Below are positions 50,673 through 64,000 of a stretch of DNA of 64,000 nucleotides, one piece after another. The stretch is from Callorhinchus milii (taxonomy: Eukaryota). Both the position numbers and the translations under genes were made by a program. The notes under the pieces were generated by a model. It was given only the letters and a program-made list of their open reading frames with translations, was not told where the DNA came from and made no database searches. The first letter of the stretch is position 1, and each line of letters begins with the position of its first letter. Location: the NCBI RefSeq assembly GCF_018977255.1, contig NW_024704742.1, forward strand, positions 3,598,001 to 3,662,000. Reading direction: 5' to 3'.

Positions 50673-52039
50673 CGTACGGGTGTAGTCGTGCTCTGAACAC
50701 TGATAACCGACGAGGGTCGAGAGGGTTACCACAGAGGTGCTGGTCTCACTCGAGAAACGAGTAATGGGAGGGCAAAGGAAACGGTAGAGAAGGATGGGCC
50801 TTGGTGCGAATGGACAGGGAAGGCTTTCTTGATTCAAACGATTCCGTGATGCTGCGAACAGGACGAATCGAAGAAAGTTTTCCCTGGAGCCCGTGTCCTG
50901 CGACACGCAGCCAGCCGTCCCCTTCCAACACGACGGTGTCCAGGCAGGCGACGCAACGCACTATTCCCAGCAGCAACGGGATACTAAATCATCGAGACAT
51001 CACCTGGTTTTGTGTGGCCTAATCATGAAGTGCTCTTTGTGTCTGGGTTACCGTAGCAGCTGTTAAAAGTAATAAACTACATCTGCAGTGCTCCACCGCT
51101 GAACAGCTGGAGAACATTTTATTGCTCTCTGGAGTATCGTTTTTTTTCCTGCAAAAAGCGTAAAAAAAAAAGAGCCCCACACTGATCTTTTTCACCGGCT
51201 TTCTTCCCTCGAAAATAGGATACTTTGTTTGAGGTGATCCAGCTAATTTGGCACGGACAATTCTGCCGTCTCAGTCGCTGCCAAACTAAATCAAGAGACC
51301 GCAGAACCTCTGAATACCTGTGTGTGTGCGCGCGCGCGTGTGTGTGTGTGTGTGTGTGTTTGTTTGTGCGCGCGTTGCTGCTCTGGTGAAATTTGCTCGG
51401 CTCCAGACGAAAGGACTAAGTCAGCAATTCATCATTCTGAACCCAGGTCCAAATACTGTGGTCTCATTGTGAAATTTTGCCGGAGGAAAATGAAAGGAAC
51501 TCCTCTCAATCTTAACACGCAGAAAAAAGTTCGAGCTTTTCATTTCGAATCGGTGTAACCTGCCTCTACCTTTGGAGCGGGTGAAGGGGCAGAAGGAAGG
51601 GGCTTCTGTAGCTCACGCTGAACTGTAACTCACGCGGACGGACATTAGATCTGCTGGTGCACATACGAAGAGGTCTCTCAACACACTAGGATCTTTACTT
51701 AGGTGATGGCTGCTCTACCGGAGAGATAGTCTTTGTTGTCAGGTTTGCTTCTGAGCCCCCACCTTCCCTGCCCAAACACACACACACACACACACAATTT
51801 CCTGGAGTTCCTAATTTCCAGTACAAGATATCGATGGAAATTTAACGAAATATTACACGACGTGCAAGCTCAAATCCTCGCCCTAAGTGGCAAGTGGACC
51901 TGGCATGGGTCTCTTTGCTGCTATCGGATTATATTTTGTTCAAATGAAAGCCTTTTGTTTCCAGGCCCGCAGGTTTCCAGGTTCACGCCGGACTCCGTGT
52001 GTACCTGGTCTGTGCAGTCAGTGAGAGCGAGAGGTAATT

Positions 52040-52240
52040 GGGCAGCGCAGTGTCCCACAAACAGTCGTGGATTGAGCGACCAAATTATTATTATCTTTCG
52101 ATGGGGTTTTACCCCCGGAAAGCGAAACGCCGATCGACTAACAATCGGGTTCCAACTTACTGCTCGGTAAACAGAGGCGTGCGGAGCACGGAAACTTGCC
52201 CAAGGTTCCGCCCTGCCCGGGAATCGAACCCGGATCCTTT
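52040..52240 (-). mobile_element. tRNA/CORE SINE middle part (long-CORE variant)
   Basis: cttactgctcggtaaacagaggcgtgcggagcacggaaacttgcccaagg...gggaatcgaacccgg. Confidence 0.8.
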
Positions 52241-54749
52241 CACTTTAGCAACAACAAGTTGCACTTATATGGCACCCTTCACCCTGGACGGCATCTCGGA
52301 GCACTTAATACGCAAATACAGAGCTGCTTCTGTAGAGCTGCAAACTTGAGTCTTCCAAAAAGAAAGCATTATCCTAACCAAATGCTGTTAGAACGCAATG
52401 TTCAGCTGTTGGAGGGAATGCAGTCGAGAGTTACCAGATAAGTTTTCAGAACTTAGTGCACAGATATATGGGCAAAGAATGAGCACCATACGGCCTTTCT
52501 CTCTGAGAAAGACCAAGGATAACTGATGGGAATTTAGAATCCTGGAAGCGTTGGGGAATTTTTGAACGCAAATTTAGTTTTTTTTCCTGCACTGTTACCA
52601 AATACAAAACTCAAACGGGTCATGGGTTAAAGAAGGACAGGCAGCAAGAGCAAAAATGAAACGCAGAACGTAACATTATGTTTCGCCTCCCGAGTAGTTT
52701 TGAATCATGGTGTAAGGTTATGGTATAGGGCTGCCACACTAACCCAATTTTGGGAGTTTCCTGACAGCACGGAAACAACTTGTTGGGTGTAATGTTGAGG
52801 GGCTTTTTCAAGTTTCTTGAGTTGAAATATTGGCAGCCTCACAGAGCAACACAAGGGTAAACCTTACACGACTAATGGGGTGAATTTATTATAAGAGCAG
52901 TACACTAAGGCAATCTGAGCTCAGGCTGTGAACTTCCGTCCACAACATCTAGATGGAAACCATTGAAAAGAGTTTTATTTGTGAGTTGGAGCGTAATCGG
53001 AGGAAGGCAAACAATCAGATAATCTGGGTATTGCTCTTTTCTGGTTGATGCTATTTCACCATTACGGTAAACAAGAGTTAGAACAAAACACAAGGTGTTC
53101 CTCTCAGTAACATTACCGGAATAGTGCTGCTATACTGGGGGTAATAACCTCAAATTAGTTACAAAGATCAGTTTATTGGCTCGTAATCAGTTCACAAAAT
53201 ATATTTTTGCAAAATTCCAGTCATTTGAGGCCGGAGTTTTAACACACACTGAAATCCAGGTACTTGCATCTGTTAAACTGGGTCACGTAGGAACATCACA
53301 GTAAAGTGGGAGAGAAATGCGTATTTTATCAATCAAAGTGCATTCATACTCAGATGGAGACTTGCTCCTGCCCACTGAACCATCAACTCCAATCATAGTA
53401 TAGTTTTTATTAAGTGTAAATGTATCTTTGCAGTATGAAAAAAAGGCCAATAAACATCATGTATATCAACACTGGTTCACACGGAATTAGCATAAGAGCG
53501 TTACAGCACGGAAACAGCCCATTTGGCCCAACGAGTCCATTCTGCTGTCTACAAGCCTCCACCCCCCCCACCCCGCCCCTCTCCCTCATCTATGTGTTCA
53601 GTTTCCTCCTAAATACGTTGATGTTTTTTGAGTCAACCCCAGTTTCTGGCACATTCATACCCGTATAAAGACATTCCTCCTGATCTTCCCATTAGATCTC
53701 TCACTGGTTATCTTAGCTTTATGTCTTCCAGCAACACTGCGCTTCCTAGCACAATCCTGAGAGCAAACACCACAGCCACAGGCTTGACAAACAATCCACA
53801 ACAGGTGAACACGTCCGACCCACTTCTCTATCACAATGCACCGCGTCTAAAGGCGCACAGTTTTTAAAACGTGCATTTCAGAACAACAACAGTTTCTCTT
53901 CTGGGTTTAATTACGGCTCGGCATTCGAGGAGCCTGGGCCAAGCAATGCATGTACTTGTCTTGCTCGCCCTCTATTGGCAACTGCTATTAAACAATTAGG
54001 AAGCAAGTGTACAAAATAGGTCTTGTGGTGTTTCCAGTCAGTGGCAACCCCCACTGCGTCGTGCTCTTGTGCTTTTAAGCTCACAATGAATTAAGATCTT
54101 GGAAGGAGATACAGCAGTTGCCAAGTTAGTGAGATGCAGTTGATAAAAAGAGGGAGGGAGGCTGAAGGAAGAGGGAGGAAAACCGACTTGTGCTCCCATT
54201 TGATTTAATAGAAACAGGGAGCAATTATCAGCTCGAACAGCGGACAACAAATAAATAGGTCGTTTTGTGGGTCAGAAAGATGAGAGACAAGGCACAAAAT
54301 AAACGGATCCAAAGGAAGTTAAACAGCGCTGGGATTCTTGAGCTCACGTGGTGGTTCCACCACTGCACTGCAGCAACCGAACAATAAACTTTCATCATCC
54401 ATGAGAACCACACAGTTCTACCAAATGATTTAACAAAGGCTCTTGTATTCGAGAGATCTTGTAAATCAATACCGCTATTTTACCTTGAGTCCATTTGGAG
54501 TTTCGCAATCAACTGAACGTTTTCTTTGGAATTGTCAAGATAACCCGTCAAGCTGTTGAAATGATCCTAAATTGCAAACAAATGTTCTCAAATATGCTTC
54601 AAATATTCTTATTTAGGCTTACTCTTGCTCTCGAACGAAAAATATTTAACGCCGCTGTTTGAAATGCGCCAATGAAAAGATGCATGAGAGGAGAGAAGCA
54701 AACTAAAATGGATTCATATTCCATCAAGGACTCTTCAATCAACACAAAT

Positions 54750-55110
54750 CTACTTGGGTTTACATAGCACCCTTCAGGGAAGGGGAACATCTCGGAGCAC
54801 TTTACCATGAGGAGGTGGGACCCTGACCTGAGGAGAGGAAGACAGGGAAAGGGTGAAACGACTGAAGGGCAGGACTCGAGAAGTGAGACTGAGGGATAGA
54901 GGGAGGGAGTTTCTGAGGTTTCACAGAATAAAAAACCTGGAAGTGGAACGGAGGGGGCGAGCAGAGGACTGGGGGGCGGTTAGGAGAAAGCGGGGAGATC
55001 GGGAGACGCTGGAGTGAAAAGATTTATAGTGAGGGCGAGACCGTTGAAATCAATCCACTGGGAGAAAGGCCATGGAGCCTGGCAAGAGCTGGGGTGAGAC
55101 CCGTGCGGAT
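54750..55110 (-). mobile_element. Degraded L2 3' fragment
   Basis: Purine-rich plus-strand tract similar to 57275-57730. Confidence 0.6.
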
Positions 55111-55505
55111 GATAAATACAAACCCCTGTATTTGAAACAGTGTCTGATGTAGCGCCTGCAGCATCAAAGGGCCTTAAACAGCTTCAGGGGTAATTGCTGT
55201 TAAGCACAGTAGCTGTGTATTTGTACGAAAATCACGCAGGGTCAGAATTCTACCGTGAAGCACTTTGAGACGTCTCGAAGTCGTGATAAGGCGCTATATC
55301 AAATGCAAGGATTATTATTATTATTATGATTATTATTACTATTATTATCCTGATAACGTTGTGAGCTAATACCTCCACATGTAAAGGGGAAAGCATCCTA
55401 ACTCTCCTATACACTCCAGAACTGTCATCCGTCATTCTACTTTTCTGAATTCCCAGCATCTAAAACTGAAGACTCAACTCCCACAAAGCGTTTCTGCCAA
55501 TGTTG

Positions 55506-55856
55506 AATAATAATACTGAGCCTTGCGTTTGATATAGCGCTTTTCGCGTCTTCTCGACGTCTCAAAACTCTTCACAGAATATACTGTGAAGTGAATTGAC
55601 TGTATATTTGTGGGCGAAACGCGGCAGCCAATTGCGCACAGCAGTGTCCCACAAACAGTCGTGGATTAAGGGACCAAATTTTTTTTTCAGGGATTAGTCG
55701 ATTGAGGCCAATCGACTAACAACCAGGTTCCTACTTACCGCTAGGTAAACAGAGGCGTGTGGAGTACGGAAACTTGCGCAACATTTCACCCTGCCGGGAA
55801 TCGAACCCAGGTCACTCACTTGCGAGGCGAGTGCTCTAACCAATGAGCTACAGAAC
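55506..55856 (-). mobile_element. Full-length tRNA(Ala)/CORE/Deu SINE, long-CORE variant
   Basis: Head ctgtagctcattggttagagcactcgcctcgcaagtgag...ggttcgattccc; gcaagtttccgtactccacacgcctctgtttacctagcggtaagtagg. Confidence 0.9.
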
Positions 55857-57274
55857 TAAGCAAGCTCTCAACACTAAGCAAGGTCACTCAGTACCAAACC
55901 TGCTCAGATAGAAAAGGTGGAAAACTATCCCGGAGGATTTTCAATCCTGATTTTCAAATCACAGAACATGTACAAGGTAATGCACCGTGTGCAGTATGTA
56001 TAAACGCACAATGAAATAAATCCGGATTGAAAGATTGTGGAGTTAAATAGATCCAACACCGAAGGAAATAGGGGGACAGGGATTGAAGTTAAGGTAAAGG
56101 CACAGAGGTTCAAGTTACGATGAAGATCCAGAAAAAAAGGATAAGGCAGTAAAGAAGGAGCTTCTGTGCTTTTATCTCAACTTAAAATTAGGTTAGGCCA
56201 CAGAGGCTCCTTCTTCAGTCACATGGAGTTTCAAGACCTTCTGTAGCTCGCAGCATCCAACACTATTTGTTTACAAGTTGGGCTAACGCTGGAGCACTCG
56301 TGTAAACAAGTAGTACGCAAATGGCTTGAAAATATTTCGAATTTTGGAAACAAATCCGTGCCTTTTTAACACAAAAACACATGTGTGCTGGTCTATTCAC
56401 TGAGACGAGGGGTGGTGTTTTGGACTGGCCTTGGAGCCAATCCGAAGCTCCCCAACGTTGGAAACACAGCGTCAGGGAACATGGAACGATACCCAGATTA
56501 TCTGATTCCTTGCCTTCCCAGGGCACAAATATATCCCTTTGGCGATATTGGAGGATATTAATTCAGCAGCCTCAGACTTGGACGTGCTGAATTTGGCAAA
56601 GGTCCTCCTACTTCTTTGGCTAATGACTCACCGCCTTGTGCTGTTGATGCCTTTTCAAACACTTGTCTGGAATTATCATGGCAAAAAAAAACTTGCGTCT
56701 TTGTACAGGAGTTTGTTTTCGAAACAGCTCCCCAGATTTTTAGGTCGTTTAAACGCAGCGCTGAGCGAATCCAAGTAGCCGTCTCCTCCAGGCACTTGAC
56801 CTACCTGCGCAGATTCCGTCTCACTGGCTGAGTTGAAACCTTCTGCTTTTAATCCTCTTGTTGGACACTGTGAAAAGTTGCGTTCCAAAGGCCCATGCTC
56901 TACGCTAGTCCCCAGCACAAACAATCATTTATAACTGCCCCACCATTTCCTAGTCTCCGGCCAGATTTCAGCCCAATTTTCTGCTACTTAAATTGTTTCA
57001 ACATTTTCCTGCTCGCAATCTGATCAAAGAACATCTGGAAAACACTCCTTTGGAAAGTCTGAACATCGATACCAGTAAATGGACATCTTGAGGGGAAACG
57101 GTTAAATATTTCCTTGCCCACCTCCCCAGCCACTCCCCGTAGAATCCAATAGTTCACAGCTGGTTCACAGGAAAAGCTTTTACTGGGGCTGATGGTGTGC
57201 AGGCAATGCTGCAACCCAGCGCAACTGAGCAGATACCCAGGATATCTGGGTATTTTCAGGATATAAACACGCCA

Positions 57275-57730
57275 AACAACAACAACAACAACAACAAGAT
57301 TTCATTTATAGAGAGCCTTTCACATCAGGAGGACGTCCCAAGGCGCCGGACAGTTGGGTCAGGACCCGAGCATTGGGGGGAAATGGTCAGGGTGAGGGGA
57401 GGGAAGGGAGGGAGCGAGGAGGGGGTAGAGAGTCGAGAGGGGAGCTGAAGGCTCGGTCAAAGAGAAAGGTCTTGAGATCGGCCTTGAAGGAGGAAAGGGA
57501 GGAAGCGGCGAAGGCACTGGGGGATGGAGTTCCAGAGCCCCGGGGCTGAGAGGCTGAAGGCCCGGCCACCGATGGTAGGGCGGTTGGGGCGGGGGATGTG
57601 GAGCAGACCGGAGCCAGAGGAACGGAGGGTAAGGGCAGGTAAGTAGGAGGATCGTAGGTCGGAGAGATAGGAGGGAGCGAGGCCGTGAATGGCCTTATAG
57701 GTGAGGATGAGGATCTTGAATTCGAGTGAA
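57275..57730 (-). mobile_element. L2 LINE 3' fragment
   Basis: EFKILILTYKAIHGLAPSYLSDL...LRSSGSGLLHIPR...TIGGRAFSLSAPGLWNSIP: canonical L2 ORF2 end; (AAC)n tail. Confidence 0.93.
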
Positions 57731-57779
57731 TTCAAGCAGAGTGTAGCTGGGTACAACACAATACACGGTTCTGTTGAGA

Positions 57780-57975
57780 TTTACATCGGGAGGACGTCTC
57801 AAAGCGCTTTACACAGCTGCCTGTGCACCTGAGGGAGGAAGGTAGTGGGGGGATGGGGTTGGAAAGGAGAGTAAGAAGTTGACCAAAGGCGAGGTCAAAG
57901 AGGCAAGTCTTGAGGCAGGCTTTGGAAGTGAGGAGGGAAGGTAATCTGGGAATGGAGTTCCAGAGAGCGGGAGCT
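57780..57975 (-). mobile_element. Second L2 3' fragment
   Basis: APALWNSIP...KACLKTCLFDLAFG. Confidence 0.75.
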
Positions 57976-58904
57976 GTAAGATCACTTGATAATTTTGGGG
58001 CACATAGGGCAGGGAACACGATTCATTCAGGCCAGTGTTCATTCAGAGGAGTCTGGTCCTGTGTTTTCTACGTCAAGGAACTTTGAAGACATTTTTCGCC
58101 AAATCATAACCTCTTTACCAGCCAATTCCTAAAGGAAAGCTTTACGACAGGAGCCACACAGCCCATCGTTTGAATGATTTGGTCCAAACAAGGCAAAAGA
58201 GCCATGAATTTTTGAAAAACATTTTTGAAACCTGTCATTAAATGGCTTTTGTCTTTCAATTGTTGAGCTTACTGAGGTAGTGGAGGTGGCCAAGCAAAGG
58301 TGTTCCAAATGACTTGAGCTTTGCAATTAACATAAGCTCTGTGCAAGTGGAAGCACGTATGTGCCGAGCTTCACTTTGTCCCTGTACCTAGACAGCTGGC
58401 AGTGTAACTCAATGCTGCCGTTCTCACCACTGTAAAGCGGGTGTTACACTGGCATCTGCAGAGTAATTGGGACAAAAGAAACATCGGTTCAAACCAAAGC
58501 CTCCCAAAGCATTGGCATCCCAGCAAAGTCGCTGAAAATGGCCGACTGTTCCATCTGGAACGACAAAGGGAAGAGAGGAACCTCGCTCACATTGTTATTG
58601 ATGATTTGCTGCCTGAAGAGAAGAAACACATACAAAAGGCAATCAAGACTATCCAGGCTTCTGTGTGCGAGTCAGGGAGCATCTCACAGTTGAAGCCCAT
58701 GCCTGACACCTTCAAATATCACTACACACTTAAGAGTTCCAGGGAGTCATCACACCATACCTTTTGGTTAATTGGAGTCCCATTTCCTTATTAAAAATTC
58801 AGATTAAAGTACCAGAAAATTGAACTCAAGAGAGTACAACCTCAAGAGAAATTGACATTGTCGAGTGTAATTATAGATAATTACTCCTCATAAGAATTTT
58901 ACGG

Positions 58905-59005
58905 TCACCTCCCCTCCCCGGCGCGGAGTCAGGCTCCGCCACTGTTAAGCGCTCTGAGACGCTACCCTGTGTGGCGGGCGCTATATAAGTACAAATTGTT
59001 GTTGT
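58905..59005 (+). mobile_element. L2 tail fragment
   Basis: ggtcacctcccc...aagcgctctgagacgc...ggcgctatataagtacaaattgttgttg. Confidence 0.8.
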
Positions 59006-59665
59006 AGATTTTGAGACAAAACCCAGTTTGTGATCACCTGTTCCAGGCCAGACTGAGCCCATCATATGTACATGTGGCCAGTAAACAGGGTCGAGAGGAC
59101 TGAGCTTGGCGTGAGACTGAAAGCATGATTGCCTTTGAAAGTATTCAGGCTATTGAGGGCATTCAGTAAACTGAAACCAGACCATTCACCAAATCATGAC
59201 CGAAACCGTGAACGCAGCTAAATGCATGTACCTGAAAGTGAATAGAAAGTTGCTTTGCACTGGTGGCATTCCCAATACAAGAAGCATTTGCAAGCAAAGG
59301 GAAAAAGCACCCCCTTTTCTGTGATAATGACTTAATGCCTTGCCACTCTTTAACAAAATAAAGATAATTTCCTTTTAAATAAAATAATTGCAGCAATATT
59401 CCCCAGTTAGACATTTTCATTATTAACCTTGCATGTAAGCTAAACATCTATGATTCTTACTTCTTCAGAACAGTGTAAATATTATTTCAAGTCATTTAGA
59501 ATATTGTTGGTGCTTTCATTCTCAACAATATGAAGCTTTGCTGAAGTAACGGAAATGTGTTTTTTTTAATACCAGTTCGGTGCTGGACTTTTCAACTCGG
59601 AAACCTTTAGCGAAGAGGTTAATGGTTCACTCTTGCCTTTGTGAAGAGACTCGAAGGTGGTTTAC

Positions 59666-59850
59666 CTGCTTGGTTCTTGGGTTGCCAGCCTGTCACCCTG
59701 ACATTGCCAGAGGCCACAGAAGGTTTGAACGATGGGATTGATCCTGGAGCAGGAGGTGTTGTGCGAGACATGACGCTGGAAACCTTGGTCATGGGTTTTA
59801 CTGAAGCCATCGCTGGGACACTGGGCTGATGCATCTCCACACCATCGCAA
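59666..59850 (-). CDS. PDLIM5: PDLIM5 internal coding exon (Ser/Pro-rich linker: CDGVEMHQPSVPAM...FKPSVASGNVRVTGWQPKNQA)
   Basis: Acceptor ttcttgctttacag|T (AG at 59852-59851) and donor GCAG|gtaaac (GT at 59665-59664). 185 bp, phase 2 in and phase 1 out, matching the phase-1 acceptor of the next exon. The FKP...WQ.(K/P)NQ motif resembles the corresponding human PDLIM5 linker exon. Confidence 0.75.
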
Positions 59851-62800
59851 CTGTAAAGCAAGAACAAGAAACTCATTTGTGAATAATAGACTTGACAGCA
59901 CTCTCTGGTCAACGCCTTCGCCCAGGACATCCAGCCAATGCTCTCCACAGTCTTTGCTTGAATACCAAGTATTTAATTAATTGAATTAAAGATGTGCTGC
60001 TTCACAAATAATTTATTTAATTATGGCTTTGTTTAAAAGACCGGATTGTATTACGCACACAGAACGTCTTTCCTGAAGCTCTCGTTACTCTCTTGTGATA
60101 GTGTTCATGTTTTGAAACAACCCGCTCCCCTCCAAGGATTACAGCAATGAGCCACTGACATTCTGCAGCGTGCACGTGTATACCAGTATCCTGTTCCTCT
60201 CCCACAACAGGTTCAGTCCTTTGTGGGAACAACCTTTTCATTTTAAAAGGCGAGTGTGCGATAAGCCAACAAAATTAAAGCACCTTTGTCAGTCACCTGC
60301 ACGTGCAAACAAGACTGTTGATGTTTCTGCCTCATCGTTGAACAAAAGGATTTTAGTGTTTGCACACACATTTCATAAGCCTTAAAACACACAGTGCAAA
60401 TCAGTCAAGCCTTTCAGCCACCCTTGCTCTATTCGGCTTGGGGTCCGCACATTGTACTCGGGGTGATGAAGACCAGGTGCAATTAAAGCTCGAAAAGTCA
60501 ACAAAACACCCACATCATTCCATTCATAACTGAGGTTAGAGTGCACTTGGCAAGCAAAAGTACTGACACACACACACACAGAAAGTTACACGCTCAACAT
60601 GTTCAGAGTAATACTTTTCAAGTGGCCCACAAGCGATAATGTCGCAATCTCCGAACATTTCCGATAAATAGAAAGTCTGTTTTTCAGGTCTCATCTGCGG
60701 TCCTCACTTGAATCCCAAATATTTATTTAATCGAATTAAAAATATGCTGTTACACGAAGTACATAATTATAGCTTTGTTTATAGGACCAGACAGAATTAC
60801 GTAGACAATCTTTCCCGAAGCTCCTATTTTGCTCTTGTGATAGTGTAGGTTAAAATCGTGGTCAGAAAAGAAACTACGTACAGGGGGAACTCCACTGCGT
60901 CGTGATTAATAGGAATCCAAAATTTTCAACCAGCTTTACAAGCGAGACCGTAAAACAGCCACCGGCGGTTAGTACTTCCAGGTTTGTGACTTAGAAAATT
61001 GGACCAGATTAGCCAAAAAATATCTGCAACATCAACTAGCCTGTAGACACTCACTATCTGAGCACACATTAGACACACGCATGAAAGGTGTAATGCAGTT
61101 TACCAACGCTAGTATGCTGCACCGTATTAACTAGCCCTATCAGTTAGGTCTTTGGCTCGCAGTGTTGAGAATCTGTTTGCACATTGAAGAGCAATTGAGC
61201 CACTTATCAAACAGGCCTTGGATTTTCCTGGCCCCGGTAAAGGAGATCATGTTTACCTTCCCTCGAATCTATCTTTAGAAGTGCTATTCATTGTATCCAT
61301 CTGGAATGGGAAAGGGTTAAGTGGAGCTACCGGGAATTGAAAAAACTAAGCTGTTAAATACAAAGATGTCAGTGGATCCCAGTTCCCAGTACGGAGCAGC
61401 CTGTGTGGGTTTCCCAGTTTCTCTCATAGGTTAACCATCTGTATACATATTCACTTTATAAACAATATCCCACGTCAAAAACTGGATTCCTTGGTTAGGA
61501 GTCAAACTTGGTTAATGTTCAAAGTGCTGATCTCCAGACCAACTCTGACAGCAACTTAGGTCAGACTGCGATTGAAGTTCGATTTCCCAATGAGTCGTGT
61601 GCTTTAGTTTGATAGGTACAGTATTAGGCAGTTTGTTATTTAAACACTCAGAAGAGCGAGAAATATTACCTAGACTGTGCAGACATAACCGAAGAGACTG
61701 AAAAGTTGTAAGATGACTTTTCTAAAGAGGAAACAGATTGGTGCCAAGTAACACTGCAAAAACAAGAAGATCAAAGACCAGGAGTCAAGCCAAAGTAGAA
61801 TCATATTTGGAGGTTAGACGAGGATTAGAGTAACTAGTGCTTATCAGAATGTTATGGTTTTCTTTCTCCCCCCCCACCCCTCCGTGTTTGGGTCCAGTGG
61901 ACTCTGTTCAGCACCTCCTAAAATAGCACTAATATGAGGAACTCATGCTGGGAGGCACCACAGGTACATACCCAGCAGACTACAGCACCAAGGTGCCACC
62001 TTTATGAATAATTATGGTGCGCCAAGTCAAAACAGGCATTTAAACAAGTTCCTTCACAGTGGAGCAAGATCTATGAATCATTTCATGCGCCTGCAATGTA
62101 AACGGAGAGAAGCACAGAGAAGGGAGCACTGATAAAGTGTAGCTTGTCCATGGAAACCCCACGGAGGTCCTGCTGACTCCACAAGTCCACTCCAACCCAC
62201 AATCTCCATAGCGCAGTGATCTCATCAGTCGGTCTGATGTGCATAGGATTCCAGCACAAGCACAAGATGCACTTTAGGTTTCAAGATGCCTTTTCCACCA
62301 CAGAACCACAGTTAGTACAGTGTTTTATTTCCCCCCCCCCCCCAAGTTAAGCATTTTTTAACCTCTGTTAATTTACTAATCTATACATGGCTATTTGTGA
62401 GTCATTGCTTTGTGCAAATTGGCTACCGCATTCATCCACAAAATACATTCACTACGCTTTATAGGCTTTTTTTTCCCCCCAATCTGAACATGTGACTGTT
62501 TTACTCCTGCCCGGTCTCTATAAATATTAATGGAGAAATACGATGGCTGTGGAAGAAAAGAGGTAAAGTTGGCATCGGAATTCAAACCAAAGCGGAAGCG
62601 TATCCTGACATCTCACTCTGATTTTCCTTTGGCACTGAGAACTTTGATCTGAACGGAAAGGTTTAAAACTATCAGCGCGGCACACGCCTTTCGTGTGCTA
62701 ATGTTAAGACTTGCAGAAACCCATCACCGTGCTTCAGAGTATCCAAACCAGATCGAGAGTTCCATGTTTGTGTACCACCTGTACATGGAATCTTCTCTTG

Positions 62801-62884
62801 TAACTTTTTAAATAAAAGTTACAATCGCCGTGCCGTTGGATGAAAGTTGAATAGTGGAATAATACTGGATAGAGGTGTCTAAAC

Positions 62885-63191
62885 CAGAGCACTCGCTTTG
62901 CAAGTGAGAGACCTGAGTTCCACTCCAGGCAGAGGGCGAAACCTTGGGCAAGTTTCCTTACTCCACACAGAGCCTAATAATAATCCCTCCAAAACCAAAA
63001 ACAATAATAAATTGGTCATTTTCAATCTACGACTGTTTGTGGGACATTGCTGTGCGCAATTGGCTGCCGCGTTCGCCCACAAATATACAGTCAATTCACT
63101 TTACAGTGTGTTCTGTGAAGCGCTTTAGGACGTCCTCCCGACGTGAAAAGCGCTGTATCAAATGCAAGGATTATTATTATTATTATTATTT
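62885..63191 (+). mobile_element. Young tRNA(Ala)/CORE/Deu SINE, slightly 5'-truncated
   Basis: Reverse complement of the 28643 and 40852 copies with few substitutions; (TAT)n tail. Confidence 0.93.
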
Positions 63192-64000
63192 ATTCAATAT
63201 TCAAGAGCAGTCTTTTTTCTCATACCTCTTGTTCTTGTGTATCTGGGCGGAGCTGGTAGATTTGCGTTTGGGTAATTTGCAGTGTACAGATGGAGGCTTT
63301 GTGATTGGAGCGATTAGCAGAGCATCCAGAAGAGATGGAGATACAACAGGATCAGAGAGTCTAGCGGGAACAGATTATCGGAAGGAAAAAGAAAGATAAC
63401 GGAAGAGGGGAATCAGAGAAGAAATACGCAGACGAAGCAGAAAATGGCCAGAAGCATTTGCAGGATGAAGGACATTAAAAAAAACGCACATTTTTTGGCG
63501 AAAGCCGGCTGCTGTTTTTTTTTAAAAACAAAAACAATATAAATATTCTCAACCATCAGATTTTAAAGTGCGTTTCTGGCGAGACAAAATAATAAAAACG
63601 TCTCTGGCATCTTGCTCGAATTAAAAGCTTAACGAAATGGCATTCCAATCGTTCGCAGAAGTGACTAAATGTGGCTGAAACATGAAATTCAAAGACCAGA
63701 GGGTCCTGAGCTCTAAATGTCCGACAATCTCTCTCTGTCTCTACCCCACCCTTTTCTAACACGCATGTCAAAATTACACACAATACTAGACGGGTTACAA
63801 TACAGGTATTTTTGGACGTTCTCCCCAAATTACTTCTGCTCTTCATCAATTGTGGAGATTTGATATATCTCCCTGTCTTCCCAACAGACTGACTTCAAGG
63901 TCCTCTCACTCACGTATAAACCTCTGCCCACTCTCTTCTGCTACTCCATGCCCCCCCTCCTCTCAGCTAACCCATTGCACGATCCCTCTACGCCACCATT

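Noticed and set aside
56805..56867. Possible 63-nt cassette exon (ttttcacag|...GCGCAG|gtaggt) in a PDLIM5 intron
   Set aside because: Contains TGA in the required phase-1 frame and the acceptor tract is weak; at best a poison exon with no supporting evidence.
58585..58635. Good minus-strand acceptor (gtttcttctcttcag|GC) giving GSKSSITM*
   Set aside because: Motif alone; no homology to known short-isoform C-termini.
62040..62125. Minus-strand acceptor-like site (ttctctccgtttacattgcag) as the ENH2-type terminal exon
   Set aside because: Lacks the KLRxWHH motif of PDLIM5/LDB3 short isoforms.

Overview
Vertebrate genomic DNA, probably from a cartilaginous fish (holocephalan-like). This is inferred only from the repeat landscape: tRNA/Deu and tRNA/CORE/Deu SINEs with L2-type tails, plus L2, CR1 and Penelope-type fragments. 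The only coding content I can support is the last six coding exons of a PDZ-LIM gene, most likely PDLIM5 (ENH), on the minus strand (59850 down to the stop at 39011). All its splice sites are GT-AG and phase-consistent, and it encodes three LIM domains. A long putative 3'UTR follows (to about 34.9 kb). At about 19.8-21.7 kb there is a CpG-rich, microsatellite-flanked region with a strong minus-strand splice donor. By conserved vertebrate synteny this is probably the promoter/first non-coding exon of the next gene (BMPR1B follows PDLIM5), which would make 1-19.8 kb intronic. No BMPR coding exon is visible. Nearly all ORFs in the supplied track are repeat or microsatellite artefacts. I found no evidence for a wholly new multi-gene system. 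The most interesting non-coding signals are: a Penelope-type minimal hammerhead ribozyme motif; an unexplained miRNA/MITE-like hairpin; a perfect DR5 nuclear-receptor element; a recursive-splice-like AG|GT site in a long PDLIM5 intron; near-identical inverted young SINEs bracketing five exons; and an intron with complementary AC/GT tracts. Repeat boundaries are approximate.
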